From positions 19,778,001 through 19,842,000 of the forward strand of contig NC_043008.1 in assembly GCF_006345805.1 (NCBI RefSeq): 64,000 nucleotides of DNA, in the 5' to 3' direction. Of this stretch, positions 52,477 to 64,000 are shown one piece after another. Origin of the DNA: Octopus sinensis. Its lineage: Eukaryota. Every line of letters starts with the position of its first letter. Positions within the stretch are counted from its first letter, which is position 1. Under the pieces are notes generated by a model. It saw only the letters and a list, made by a program, of their open reading frames with translations. It was not told the DNA's origin and made no database searches. Both the position numbers and the translations under genes were made by a program.

Positions 52477-53539
52477 CCACGCGTGTTGTGTTTGTAAATG
52501 TTTGTGTAGGGGTTCCTGCGTGCGCGCGTGTTTTTGATTGCCTTGATCTCCAAACGCGTGGTCTTCAGTTAAGTGCCTGCTATATATAGCCCTGGGCCGA
52601 CGAGACTGGCGGACGGAGATTAAAGTTCGTCGTTTACACACACACACTGTTGGCGTTTCGGCGTTTCAGTCGAGTGTAATGGCATTCATGTGGTAACATC
52701 TGAGATTTTGTCATGGTATATGCTTGGCTGATGACGATAGAACAAGATTATGGGTGGCAGACATATCTTGTAAAATCTGAAACCTGCAGGTCCCACATTA
52801 TCCTTTTCCAGGTATTTCATCTTTCCGATGTTCTCCCTGGAGGTAAGACAATTTTTTCTAGTTTGTTGCACACACGCATTTTTGCTAATACATACGCGGT
52901 GAAGCTATACATTAGCGTCGTATTATTACGTTCGCTATTTCCAGTACATATCGGTACTTCGTTGTGCCATATATTTACTACTTTTTTCATATATATATAT
53001 ATGTTTATATCTGCCCAGTGATGCCTATATCTTGTTCCAGGACGCGTTGGTGTATTTACACATTTTGTCATAAGAGAGGTTTTTCTCCACGGTAACTGTA
53101 GAGAACTTGTCATTACAATGTGGAATATGTTTCAAACATATTTTAACTAACCTAAAGTTCGTTTATCCCTAGACGTTGTTTGGCGCTTACACTGCGTAAT
53201 ATTTATAAGAAGAAATGAGGTTGAAAATACACATAGTATAAATTAGAAATTAATTATATTTGTAAAAACATGTAAATACACTTCGTCTGTTTCACTATAC
53301 ATTTTTCAGAAATATATATTTTAGTATACTGTGTCACGAATTATGATGCTTTTCTGGCCGTTGTTATAAAGACAGTTGATGTTTGTAGTAAGAATGTAGC
53401 TCAGAATGCTATCCATTAATGTAAATATTGATTGGTCACCATTCATAAATTACGCTCACGTGGCAGTCCCTCGATATCGCTTTGATGAAAATATTATTTT
53501 AGCAAATAATTAATTATTTATTACCCACTGGGAAATAAA

Positions 53540-53925
53540 CATAGAGAGGACAAACAAGGACAGACATATGGTTTAATTCGATTACATCGACTCCAGTGCG
53601 TAACTGGTACTTATTTAATCGGCCCCGAAAGGATGAAAGGCAAAGTCGACCACGGTGGAATTTGAACACAGAACGTAACGGCAGAAGAAATACCTATTTC
53701 TTTACCACTCACAAGTGGCTAAACACGGAGAGGACAACAAGGACAGACAAACGTATTAAGTCGATTACATCGACCCCAGTGCGTAACTGATACTTATTTA
53801 ATCGGCCCCGAAAGGATGAAAGGCAAAGTTCACCTCGGCGGAATTTGAACTCGACGTAACGGCAGTCGAAATACTGCTAAGTATTTCGCCCGGTGCGCTA
53901 ACGTTTCTGCCAGTTTGTCGCCTTA
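53540..53925 (-). mobile_element. Meta-type SINE with ~190-bp internal duplication
   Basis: TCGATTACATCGAC.CCAGTGCGTAACTG..GGCCCCGAAAGGATGAAAGGCAAAGT occurs twice, then the head. Confidence 0.85.
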
Positions 53926-55237
53926 CGAACACTTCCTTATTTTCAAGATTAATTGAAACAAAAGGCAGTGAGTTTTAATAGACATATGGTAACAAAAGAG
54001 GTAAGAAGTAACTAGAATATTTTCGGTTAGTCTTATCTTCAATGCGACCATATGAAAGGATGAGGTATGGATGGCAGTCCTTCCAAAAATTGTGTGATTC
54101 TTCAGAGTCTGAAAGTGACCAGTTCTGTATTGCTTAATGACACCGATTAAGTGTAGGCTTTCGAGGAGTCAAATCGCGGAGATATTTCTGTAATATTTTC
54201 ATGAATTCAGACATAACAGCATAATTATGTCTAATTAGATATTTTCCTCCTGGGTCGATACCTTATATTAAATAACAATGACGCAAAACTCATCAGGATT
54301 TTAGTTTTTATGTTGGCTGTAACTTTGTAGGGTTCCCTAAAAATATCCAAGCAGACATGCTACAATAATTGTATTGTAGGGTACTGGCCACATCCCTGCT
54401 TTCATAATAAACAAATAAATAAATAAAATAAAATGACCTTTTATTATAGCAATGTTCAGAGTAGACATAATTCTTTACACAACACCTTACACTACACACT
54501 TTTGAAAATCTATTGTCAAACCGGAAAGTGTATTTCTATGTCTTAAAATATAATTAAATTCTAATTTATTCTGTGTGTATTTTCAACTTCCCTTTCTCTG
54601 TTCCATCACTTGTGATTAATAACGATTTCTCTTTCTCTCTCTTTCTCAACCTTTCTGAATCCCCCCTCTCTCTCTCTATCTAATATATGTATGTATGTAT
54701 ATATGTATGTATATATGTATGTATTTACTCACGCGGGTGGTTTGCGTTATTTTTATGAGTGTACGTGAGTTTATATACATAGTTTATTACATATTTGCAG
54801 TCAATATTATTTCCATCCTTCAAAGCCTCTGAATAAATGTCTGAAGCTTTTTAGAATAAGTATGTAAACTTTTGAAGTCTGATTTCATTAATTTTTTTCC
54901 TTTATTTTCAATAAGAGCGAAACAACGTTTATTATAGATCCATGTTATTTCAGTTATTTAAGCTGAAAATTCTATTTCGCCACGGAAATACCACAACACG
55001 TTTGGATATCTTTAATATAAATTAGCTTTTGAAGGAAAATATGTCTTTTCCTTGTTCGGTTTCATTCTATTTCATATACATCGGATTCCATGTCCTCATC
55101 CTTGAAAATATTTTGAGTATTATTTAAACTTTAAAAAAATCTTTCGAGTCTATATGTTGGCTTAACTATATTTTTTTAAGTTTAAATACGTTGAGAAACA
55201 ATTCATTTTTCATTATACCCCAGCGAATTAATTAAAG

Positions 55238-55490
55238 CAGTGCTTCTCAACCAGGTCCCACATGACAATTCAGAGTCCATATAAGATTTTGCTGTTAAAA
55301 TTTATGTGCAATAAACTTGTTATATTTCTACAATACACATGTTTCATCACTTTTTATACAATTCCTAATAACATTAAACCATAAAAATATAATATGAGTT
55401 TTTAAACATTGAATGGCTATGAAGGTCCCCGCTTCCTATATAAAATAGGATTCAAAGGAGTCCATAGGCAATAATGGTTGTAAATCACTG
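55238..55490. mobile_element. hAT/Charlie-like MITE
   Basis: TIRs CAGTGCTTCTCAACC and GGTTGTAAATCACTG. The right flank GTCTAGAA fits the NTCTAGAN Charlie target; the left flank is diverged. Confidence 0.75.
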
Positions 55491-57033
55491 GTCTAGAATT
55501 TGTCTTAACCATTTCATTTATTCTTTCATTATGTTTATGGATTTGCCTAAATTAAGTAATATGCGTCTTAGTTTTTGAAGGCTAGCTAATGGGAGACTGG
55601 ACGAATCTGTCTTCTTCCATCGATATTTTCGTTTTTCATTTGGTTTTATACTGTGAAACCTCGCCCCTATTCTTCTCTTCCTCCTCCTCCTATTTTCCTC
55701 TCCTACTCCCTACTTCAGATTCCTCCTGCTATACCTCCACATATACCAGCACCATTTCCTCTTCTCCTCTTTCTCCCTCTTCTATCATTCCCTTTCTCCC
55801 CCCTTCTCTTCATCATCTCGACCTCAACTTCCACGCTTAACTTGCCGCACAATCCCGTAATCCAACGAGACGCTTGCAAAGGACATAATCTCTAAGCTGA
55901 CACGTGGTCCTATGGCAATAGGAAGGTCCATTATGAATAGAAACTAAAATATCTCCGTAACACGCGAAGTAAATTATTATGTTCAAAATTCCCATTACAT
56001 CTACAGAGATATCCCACTAATATCCAAGTGAAATTTCTATGTTCAATAAGTTCTGTTTCTCGTTCTCTGCTGTGTGAATTAGGAGGGACAGTACCCGTTA
56101 GCTTGAATTAATCTAGTTGCTATTACATTTTTTTTATAATTCTCATTAACTATGTACATGCTCCACTATAATAATATCATTTGCAGAAACAAGAACTAAT
56201 TCTGTAAAGTAGAGTTGTGTAAACTTTTACATATATCATTAAATGCATTTAGTATGGCAATTTTTCCTTAGTGGCACCTAAGTATTATCATGATAAATAT
56301 CTCCTTTATATAATCCTTAAGCATATGTTGGAATTACATAAGTGAATGCTTTTATAGTTCATTATTTCTGATATATGTACATTCTTTGGTTAGATTTCTT
56401 ATCTTACGTCTGCACAAAAAAATGTACAGACGCAACATTAATATTAATAAATTAATAAAAACCCGCAAGATGAAATTAAACAACAAAGCCTTCCGATCAT
56501 GCATACAAAATTTACTGCTCTACATTTTTTTCTTTGACGGCGCACATTAATTAAATGTATGTACCATTTGTCAGTTTTTCTTGCATAGACACATATATTT
56601 TATCTTCTTTTTACTTACATCAATCCAATTATGATTACATAAAAGTTCGGTTTATTTTCTCCCCTTGTAATTTCAAGTGATTCCAAAGTAATAATACCAT
56701 ATAAAATTCATTCGTCTCAAAGAAAATTCTATTTGCTACTTTGCGCTCCGTTTCTTTTATGTTTGCGTATTTTACAATTACCAAAACTGACTTCTTTCAA
56801 AGCTATTCACGTATTTTCACAACAAAGATAAAATCAAACACAGAGGGAATTAAATAGTATATCTACTTTCCTTATAATGTCTAAGCCTTGTTCTGTAATC
56901 TCTTAATCTCTTTCATGTTGTTTTAAATATGAGATACTTCATTCCCATAATTCTGAATATAGATCTGAGCAAATTAAACGATATCGGTCTGTGCGTCTTA
57001 AGCTCGGCGTATGACAGGCCGAGAAAATCCGTT

Positions 57034-57064
<31 letters not shown>

Positions 57065-57309
57065 CTCTTTATTTCTTTCTTATTGATGTATATTTTTATT
57101 ACGTAAATTCATCATCATCGCCACCATCATTACCGTTTTCGTCGTCGTTATCCTCCTCCTCCTCCACTTCATCATCATCATCAATATCATGATCGTCATC
57201 GTCGTCGTCGTCGTCATCATCGTCATAGTCATCAACGTGTTGCCGTTGTTATTCTACCATCACCACCATAACTCCCACTGCAACTACAATCACTACTGAT
57301 ACTAATACG

Positions 57310-58385
57310 AATACTATTATTGAATGAGAGAGCAGTGCATGCCATCAAATATACTCATTATGAATGCCTGCCTGATAAATGTATTTCAGGCACATGCATC
57401 ACAATCAGATGTGCGAGACATGGTCCTTTCATATGAAGATAAACAATGCATGACCTTGCAGGTGGGGCCCAGTTAAAATTTTTTTCTTTCTGGTCGAGTA
57501 GCTAATCCCACTCAAAACTTCCCCGAATAAGGCTTATTTAAGAATGATGAACGAAACTCTCATGTTTCCAGAGATGAATTATTCAAACCCCAAAGATTTC
57601 CTCTCAACACATATATAATACTTCCCGCGAATTCCGCACGGGGGGGGGTCATCTTTAAGGACGTTAGCATGGTAGTGCCTAGTAGGTAAGCTCTGATCTT
57701 GCGCTGCGATAACAAATCCCTCTGTCTCCCCTTGCAGACCTGTCCCCTGTAGCCATTGGTGTGTTAGATTTTGATCAATATCTGGTTTGGACAGGACTGG
57801 TCTAGGTTTCCAATAGCTGGAGTACTATCAAGTTCTATGTGTTCTGCCTTTATGAACTTCCCTGCCTTAAATAGCCTTTGCACACTTATCAAGTCCGGAT
57901 TCCATACCTATATGGGAGGGGCACTGCCAAAAGCCTTCTTGTAATCCATCCAAGCCGTGCTAAGGTTTCTACGCTTGTATTTGCAATTTTCAATGACCAT
58001 TTTATCAATTAGTAATTGACCCTTATGAACGCCTTTTACATCCCTTTTGTTCCACTGGGTATAGCTTCTTATTGTCCAAGAATTCATATGCTCTATTCGC
58101 TATTATAGATGCTGATAGTTTATATATGGTGGTGAAGCATGCCATGGGTGATTTTTTAGGGAGGAGGGGTAGGATTTCTTCATTTTTTGGTAAGAGTGGC
58201 AAGAGATATATAATCCGTTCTGTAAGCCACTTTCGGCCTTTTGCAGGGTTGGACATGGCTTCATTGCATGTTACAACTAAGCAGTGGTGAGTGCTCATTA
58301 AAGAGTTTAGCCAACAATTTGGAATCTTATTTATACCTGGGGATTTGGATTTCTTTGACATGGTGAGCGCCGCTTTCACTTCTCA
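57310..58385 (-). mobile_element. Internally deleted R4/Dong element (RT N-terminal half, post-RT fragment, distal long 3' UTR)
   Basis: KSPGINKIPNCWL..KWLTERIIYLLP..EQKGCKR..QLLIDKMVIENC..RNLSTAWMDYKKAF; then NGYRG..QRDLLSQRK; then 57310-57610 matches the 21285-type UTR. The 5' end abuts (TTA)n. Confidence 0.85.
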
Positions 58386-58387
58386 AC

Positions 58388-58419
58388 TAGTTATATTACT
58401 ATTATTATTATTATTATTC

Positions 58420-58456
<37 letters not shown>

Positions 58457-58481
58457 GTTGTTGCTGTTATAATAATATAAT

Positions 58482-58513
<32 letters not shown>

Positions 58514-58549
58514 ATTATTATTATTATTATATATTATTATTATTCTATT

Positions 58550-58584
<35 letters not shown>

Positions 58585-58648
58585 GCTATTATTATTATTA
58601 TATTATTATATTATTATTATTATTATATTATTATATTATTATTATTAT

Positions 58649-58728
<80 letters not shown>

Positions 58729-58742
58729 TGTTGTTGTTGTTG
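58388..58742. repeat. Compound (TTA)n(TAG)n(TTG)n microsatellite
   Basis: Directly visible. Confidence 0.95.
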
Positions 58743-59494
58743 TATTGGTGCTATTATCCTTATACTATTTTATTCTTTCGTCAGGATTTTATTGTTTTCC
58801 TCTTCCTTTTCCTTGTCATCATCGTATTCCCACTCCGCAATCTCCACACTACCATCACCACCATCGCCAACCACTTCCGACTCCTCCTTCTTCCTTTACG
58901 TCAGGTGACTGTATGTGACATGAATTGAAACACACACTTCTAATCCACACACTATGTTGTAGAGCAACAGAGAAATACCTAGAAAGTAATATTTAATCTT
59001 GACTATATTAAAATAACTTTACTTCTGCTGCTAGGAATATGGTGAATTAATAACCACTTGTACAAGGAAAAATAAAAACGTTAAAACATATTCAGAAATG
59101 GAAATATGATACAACTTTTCATTGACAATAATAAAACTAAATTGCTAGAATTATGAAAAGATACTATGAGCATTCGAATACATTATAATATTTTCTGAGC
59201 TGATTTGAATTTTCTGAAGACAAATTTTAGAAATAATTTGTTTAGATAATATACGAAACAAGATCAATTATTTCTTATCTTAGATTATTATTGTGTGAAA
59301 GATTTTCGCTGGGAATATTAACAATGTTGTTAGCAAGTTAGCTTTGAGTAATATATTTATTTTTTTTCGTTTGATTTTTGAGATTCTAGCGGAAATGAAA
59401 GTATGATGGTGAACTTAGAATCTATCTATCAATATCTCATTCGCCTCTTCTCCATACACTCTCTTTCTTTCCATTCATCCCTATCTCACTCTTC

Positions 59495-59538
<44 letters not shown>

Positions 59539-59557
59539 TATGTATATATATATATAT

Positions 59558-59612
<55 letters not shown>

Positions 59613-59647
59613 GCATATATGTCTATATATGTATATCTATATATACG

Positions 59648-59711
<64 letters not shown>

Positions 59712-60302
59712 CGTGTGTGCGTGTGTGTTTCTATGCTTACAGACGCGCACTCTCAGGCACATACATAGAAAGATACAAGTTTAATTATAGACAGGAAATA
59801 TATACCGAAATATTCCACATCTAAAAATATGAAAAGAATAATATTTTATGTGATATATATTAAGTCTGTTACTCATGTTCTTGTAGTTTACAAAGATACA
59901 AAGAAACATCAGTCAACGTTGAGTTGCTTCGTAGTGTCATTGATTAAATAGTTCGCATACGTAAGTAAAAATATTTCATGTAATCAGGTATGTCTATAGT
60001 ATGTTCCTGAATTATATCTACGCGTCGTACTAAGAATATTCCTCTGTTAAAGAAAGTATTTAGTTATCCCTCCCATCCCCGTCTCCCGCTGTCTCTCACA
60101 CTCCTTTCTTGCTCAATCTGTCTTTATATCTATATATTCTCTCTATATGCATGCATATATGTATGCATACACAAACATAAACACACACACACATAATATA
60201 TATATGCACACACATACAAGTATACAAGTACAAACTCAGAGACTCACGCGCAGACATACAAACACAGACACACACAGAGACACAGACCCCACCACACTCA
60301 TG

Positions 60303-60404
<102 letters not shown>

Positions 60405-60426
60405 TATAATATATATATATATATAT

Positions 60427-60461
<35 letters not shown>

Positions 60462-60663
60462 AATAATTATATTTTCCGTGATTCATAAAGTGATATTTTT
60501 ATTCAATTCCGCGTCTTTCCGTTCCTAGAGAGGAATAATCCAATTCCCAAGCTCTGCGTAGTGTCGCTAAACGATATTTTGTTTAATTACCCAACGGCTG
60601 AAGAGGGAATAATCGCAAAAGTATAAATGTGTTCTGATAATTGTGGGCAATATTCTATATTTT

Positions 60664-61085
60664 AAAGGCGGCGAGCTGACAGAAACGTTAACACGCTGGA
60701 CAAAGTTCCTCGTGGTATTCCGTCTATCCTCACGTTCTGAGTTCAATTTCCGCCGAGGTCGACTTTGCCTTTCATCTTTCGGGGTCGATTAAATGAGTAC
60801 CAGTTACGCACTGAAGTCGATGTAATTGATTTAATCCTTTTATCTGTCCTTATCTGTCCCCTCTATGTTTAGCCCCTTGTGTGCAGTAAAGAAATAAGAA
60901 ACGCTGGACAAAATGCTTAGTGGTGTTTCGTCTGTCCTCTCGTTCTGGGTCCAAATTCCGCCGTGGTTGGCTTTGTCTTGCAACATTTCGGGTCGATAAA
61001 TTAAGAACCAGTTACGTACTGTGGTTGATCCAAACGACTGGCACCTACCCCAAAATTTCAAGCCTTGTGCCCAGAGTAGAAAAGA
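60664..61085 (+). mobile_element. Meta-type SINE with internal duplication
   Basis: Head GGCGGCGAGCTGACAGAAACG, core twice, tail AATTTCAAGCCTTGTGCC..GTAGAAAAGAAT. Confidence 0.8.
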
Positions 61086-62029
61086 ATATTTCATATTTTA
61101 ATTCAAGTGGTATAACCTAGGGCTACGCATTTGGATTTTCTTCTAAATGTTCTGTATTGATTGAAAGACAAAGTGTGGTTATAGTTATATTCTTTGAATT
61201 TATTCCATTAAAGATTCTCTCTTGTAGTTTGGATCCACGAATCGATTCGGTGACACCGATGAGTCTTTTGTTCCATTCAGCAACAATTTGGCATTGCATG
61301 ATTCTTTACAACTCATGCACAGATGCTACTACATGTGTAGCATGCACCATGTGATATTGTTAGATGATAGTACAAGCATTAATTTCTTTTAGTAAAGTAA
61401 AGCCGAAAGTAACTTCTGCGCATTAACTGTCGAAGTGATTGCCAAAACGTGAGTGAATCGGGAATATTTGGCAATATTAAACTATAACCGTTATACAAAA
61501 AGTAAAATGTCAAACTAGTTCATGTTTTCGAATGCATTATTAATATGGCTAAAATGACAGGAGCGTGGTGTTGTCTATTGTTTCATATTTCACACTGCTT
61601 AATACTAACATTTCTTAAATGGAAGCTGTTGTCACGAAGGTATAATCGTTTGAAAGAAAAGAGGTAAAAACACCACTTTTATTACTAAATATGTTTTTAA
61701 AACAAGTAAGTATAAAGTGACTTTATTAATAATTCTGATGTATTTATTGGTTTAGATGTAGAGTTTTATTTATGTGTATTTTGACTCTGACATCAGGGGA
61801 TTTATAATACGAAGATCCGTTGTAATTACCGGGACTCGTTGATATTTAGCAATATACAAATTTTCCCATTTGTGTTTTGATGCTTAACTTCCTTATACCC
61901 TCATGCTTTCATTTCGCTGTGTTACCTATTCACATTATATTTTCAGTTTTATTCCATAGCTGGAGTTTATGAAAACGAAACAATTGAAGGCACGAATGTT
62001 GTGAGAAAAAGAATATCGTTTTCAAAGTT

Positions 62030-62610
62030 TAGCACAAGGCCAGCAATTTAGTGGGAGGGGACAAATCGATTAGATTCATCTCACAGGCAGCTGCTACATC
62101 TTTTATTGATCCAAAAATTATGAAAAGCCAAGTCGACCTCGGCGGAACTTGAACTCGGGACGAAAAGGCGGACGAAATGCCGCTAAGCAATTTTCCTACC
62201 ATGCCAACGGTTCTGGCAGCTCGCCACCCCGAGGAAACGTAAATATGAGGTCTGGAGTCATCACAAACAGCTTGTTTAATATTCTGTATAATCGTATAAC
62301 CCTATGAACGTTGTTGTTACCTAAGTTACTGCACATATCTGCTGCAAACTAAAGTTGAATAAACGTCATTAATCTGTGTTCTCCAACCTGCCAAAACCTG
62401 TATTCATTTCCAAAGTCAGAAACGTCAGCATGCCGGGCAAAATGCTTAGCGGTATTTCGTCTGGTTTTATGTTCTGTGTTCAAATTCCGCCGCGGTCGAC
62501 TTTGCCCTTCATCCTTTCGGGGTCGAAAAATTAAGTGTCAGTTGTGTACTGGGGTCGATTTAATCGACTGGCCCTCTCCCCTAAAATTGCGTGCCTTTTA
62601 TCTAGAGAAG
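62030..62610. mobile_element. Two Meta-type SINEs in divergent orientation (62030-62225 minus, 62430-62610 plus)
   Basis: Shared B-box and core motifs on opposite strands. Confidence 0.75.
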
Positions 62611-63256
62611 AAAAGATTAACCCACCAGCAAAAATATAGACTGCAAATGAAATATACATTGAGGCAGTGAACGTTCAGTAGTCTCGGGATCATATCTTAG
62701 ACGTCTGCAAAAACGCGTATTATTTTGGATGTGACGTCATTCGTGAGTAGGATGCATTCATTTCTGCGTCGTTCTTCTTGGTTAGCTATGAAGAACCAAC
62801 ATAGTCGCTCATTGCCTGATAAGAATAAAATTAAATCTTTTAAAAACAACACACCGAATGCTTGCTGATACTCTTGTAGGACTATCTCTGCATCAAATGA
62901 TCATAGCATACCCGAATGCAATCAAACTTACCAAATATGATTCATGTTTTTACACGAACATTTTTGTATTATATATATATGTGATGAAGGAGGGAAACGG
63001 AAAATGTAGTCAGCAAGAATATTCAGAATGACCGTTTCGACCAATTCTGCACCTGCCTCATGTGGGTAGGATATATATTGCTAGTTGTGTTGCATCCTGT
63101 TGTTGATCTAGTCAGTCTTGTGTCATACCTACATAACTGTGGATGACATCAGCTAGCGTAAACGGTGAAAGTGCTTTGATCGGCATACTACTAACCATAT
63201 CACCAAGCTCCAGATGATTACTATATATATATATATATAGTATAATATGTATATCC

Positions 63257-63329
<73 letters not shown>

Positions 63330-63709
63330 ATCATTTGTTTACATTTCATATATATATATATATACATATATATATGCCTTGTGCATATTGGCAACGCTTT
63401 CTATATTTTATTTTGTGGATGTGCTATTTTCTACTTTACAATATCTGTTAGTTTTATCGGGAAAAGAAAAAAATACTTTAGTTTTCTTCAAACTTTTAAT
63501 GTCGGAGTTAAGTATATTTTGAAAACTAGAATTACGCGAACACCTTTCAATATGAAAATAGATCTGACATTTAGAATTTGGAAACATCGAAAAATATTTT
63601 TTTTATTTCTTCACATAATAGAATCAATTACTAGCAAGTAGAAAATGCCACATGCACTCTGGTGCGTAACTAGTACATAGCAAACAATTTCAATAAAACT
63701 AATGCATAC

Positions 63710-63755
<46 letters not shown>

Positions 63756-63936
63756 TGAGCGCATAAATGCCAGTTGTCTAAAAAATAAAATTTGTTAGAT
63801 TGTCTAACTAAATACTAGTCTTAAATCTTACCTGAAGATGGAAATTGTAGGAGTAGTAAACCGAGGCACGATTAATCAGCTTGAATTTATGGAAAATACA
63901 TGCAAACTCCGACAATTGGAGATAAATTGGGTTGCA

Positions 63937-63967
<31 letters not shown>

Positions 63968-64000
63968 TGATAATAATAATAATAATAATAATAAAAAGCA

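Noticed and set aside
61947-62030. Acceptor followed by FYSIAGVYENETIEGTNVV
   Set aside because: No good donor; the frame runs into a SINE tail and the peptide is unrecognised.
63030-63075. CACATGAGGC...GTCGAAACGGTC hammerhead-like motif on the minus strand
   Set aside because: Two core positions are wrong and there is no stem I.

Overview
AT-rich, microsatellite-saturated animal DNA whose SINE, LINE and DNA-transposon content looks like an Octopus (coleoid cephalopod) genome; the species is an inference from repeat types. I cannot identify any host protein-coding gene, so the window is probably intergenic or a large intron, and almost every ORF in the track is translated microsatellite. Contents: several lineages of R4/Dong-type retrotransposon fragments sitting in (TAA)n tracts; dozens of tRNA-derived SINEs from at least three families; decayed piggyBac, mariner, Tigger/pogo, hAT, Helentron-like, CR1-like, RTE and Penelope elements; and a strongly decayed 18S rRNA relic. 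Two things stand out. (1) A non-coding, retrozyme-like 353-nt unit at 46.7-47.3 kb, arranged head-to-head, with a well-formed type I hammerhead ribozyme (U3:A8 core variant) in each arm. (2) A 2.18-kb element at 18.36-20.54 kb flanked by a target-site duplication, encoding only an L1/Tx1-type zinc-knuckle ORF1 with no reverse transcriptase, inserted into the tRNA-like head of a SINE.
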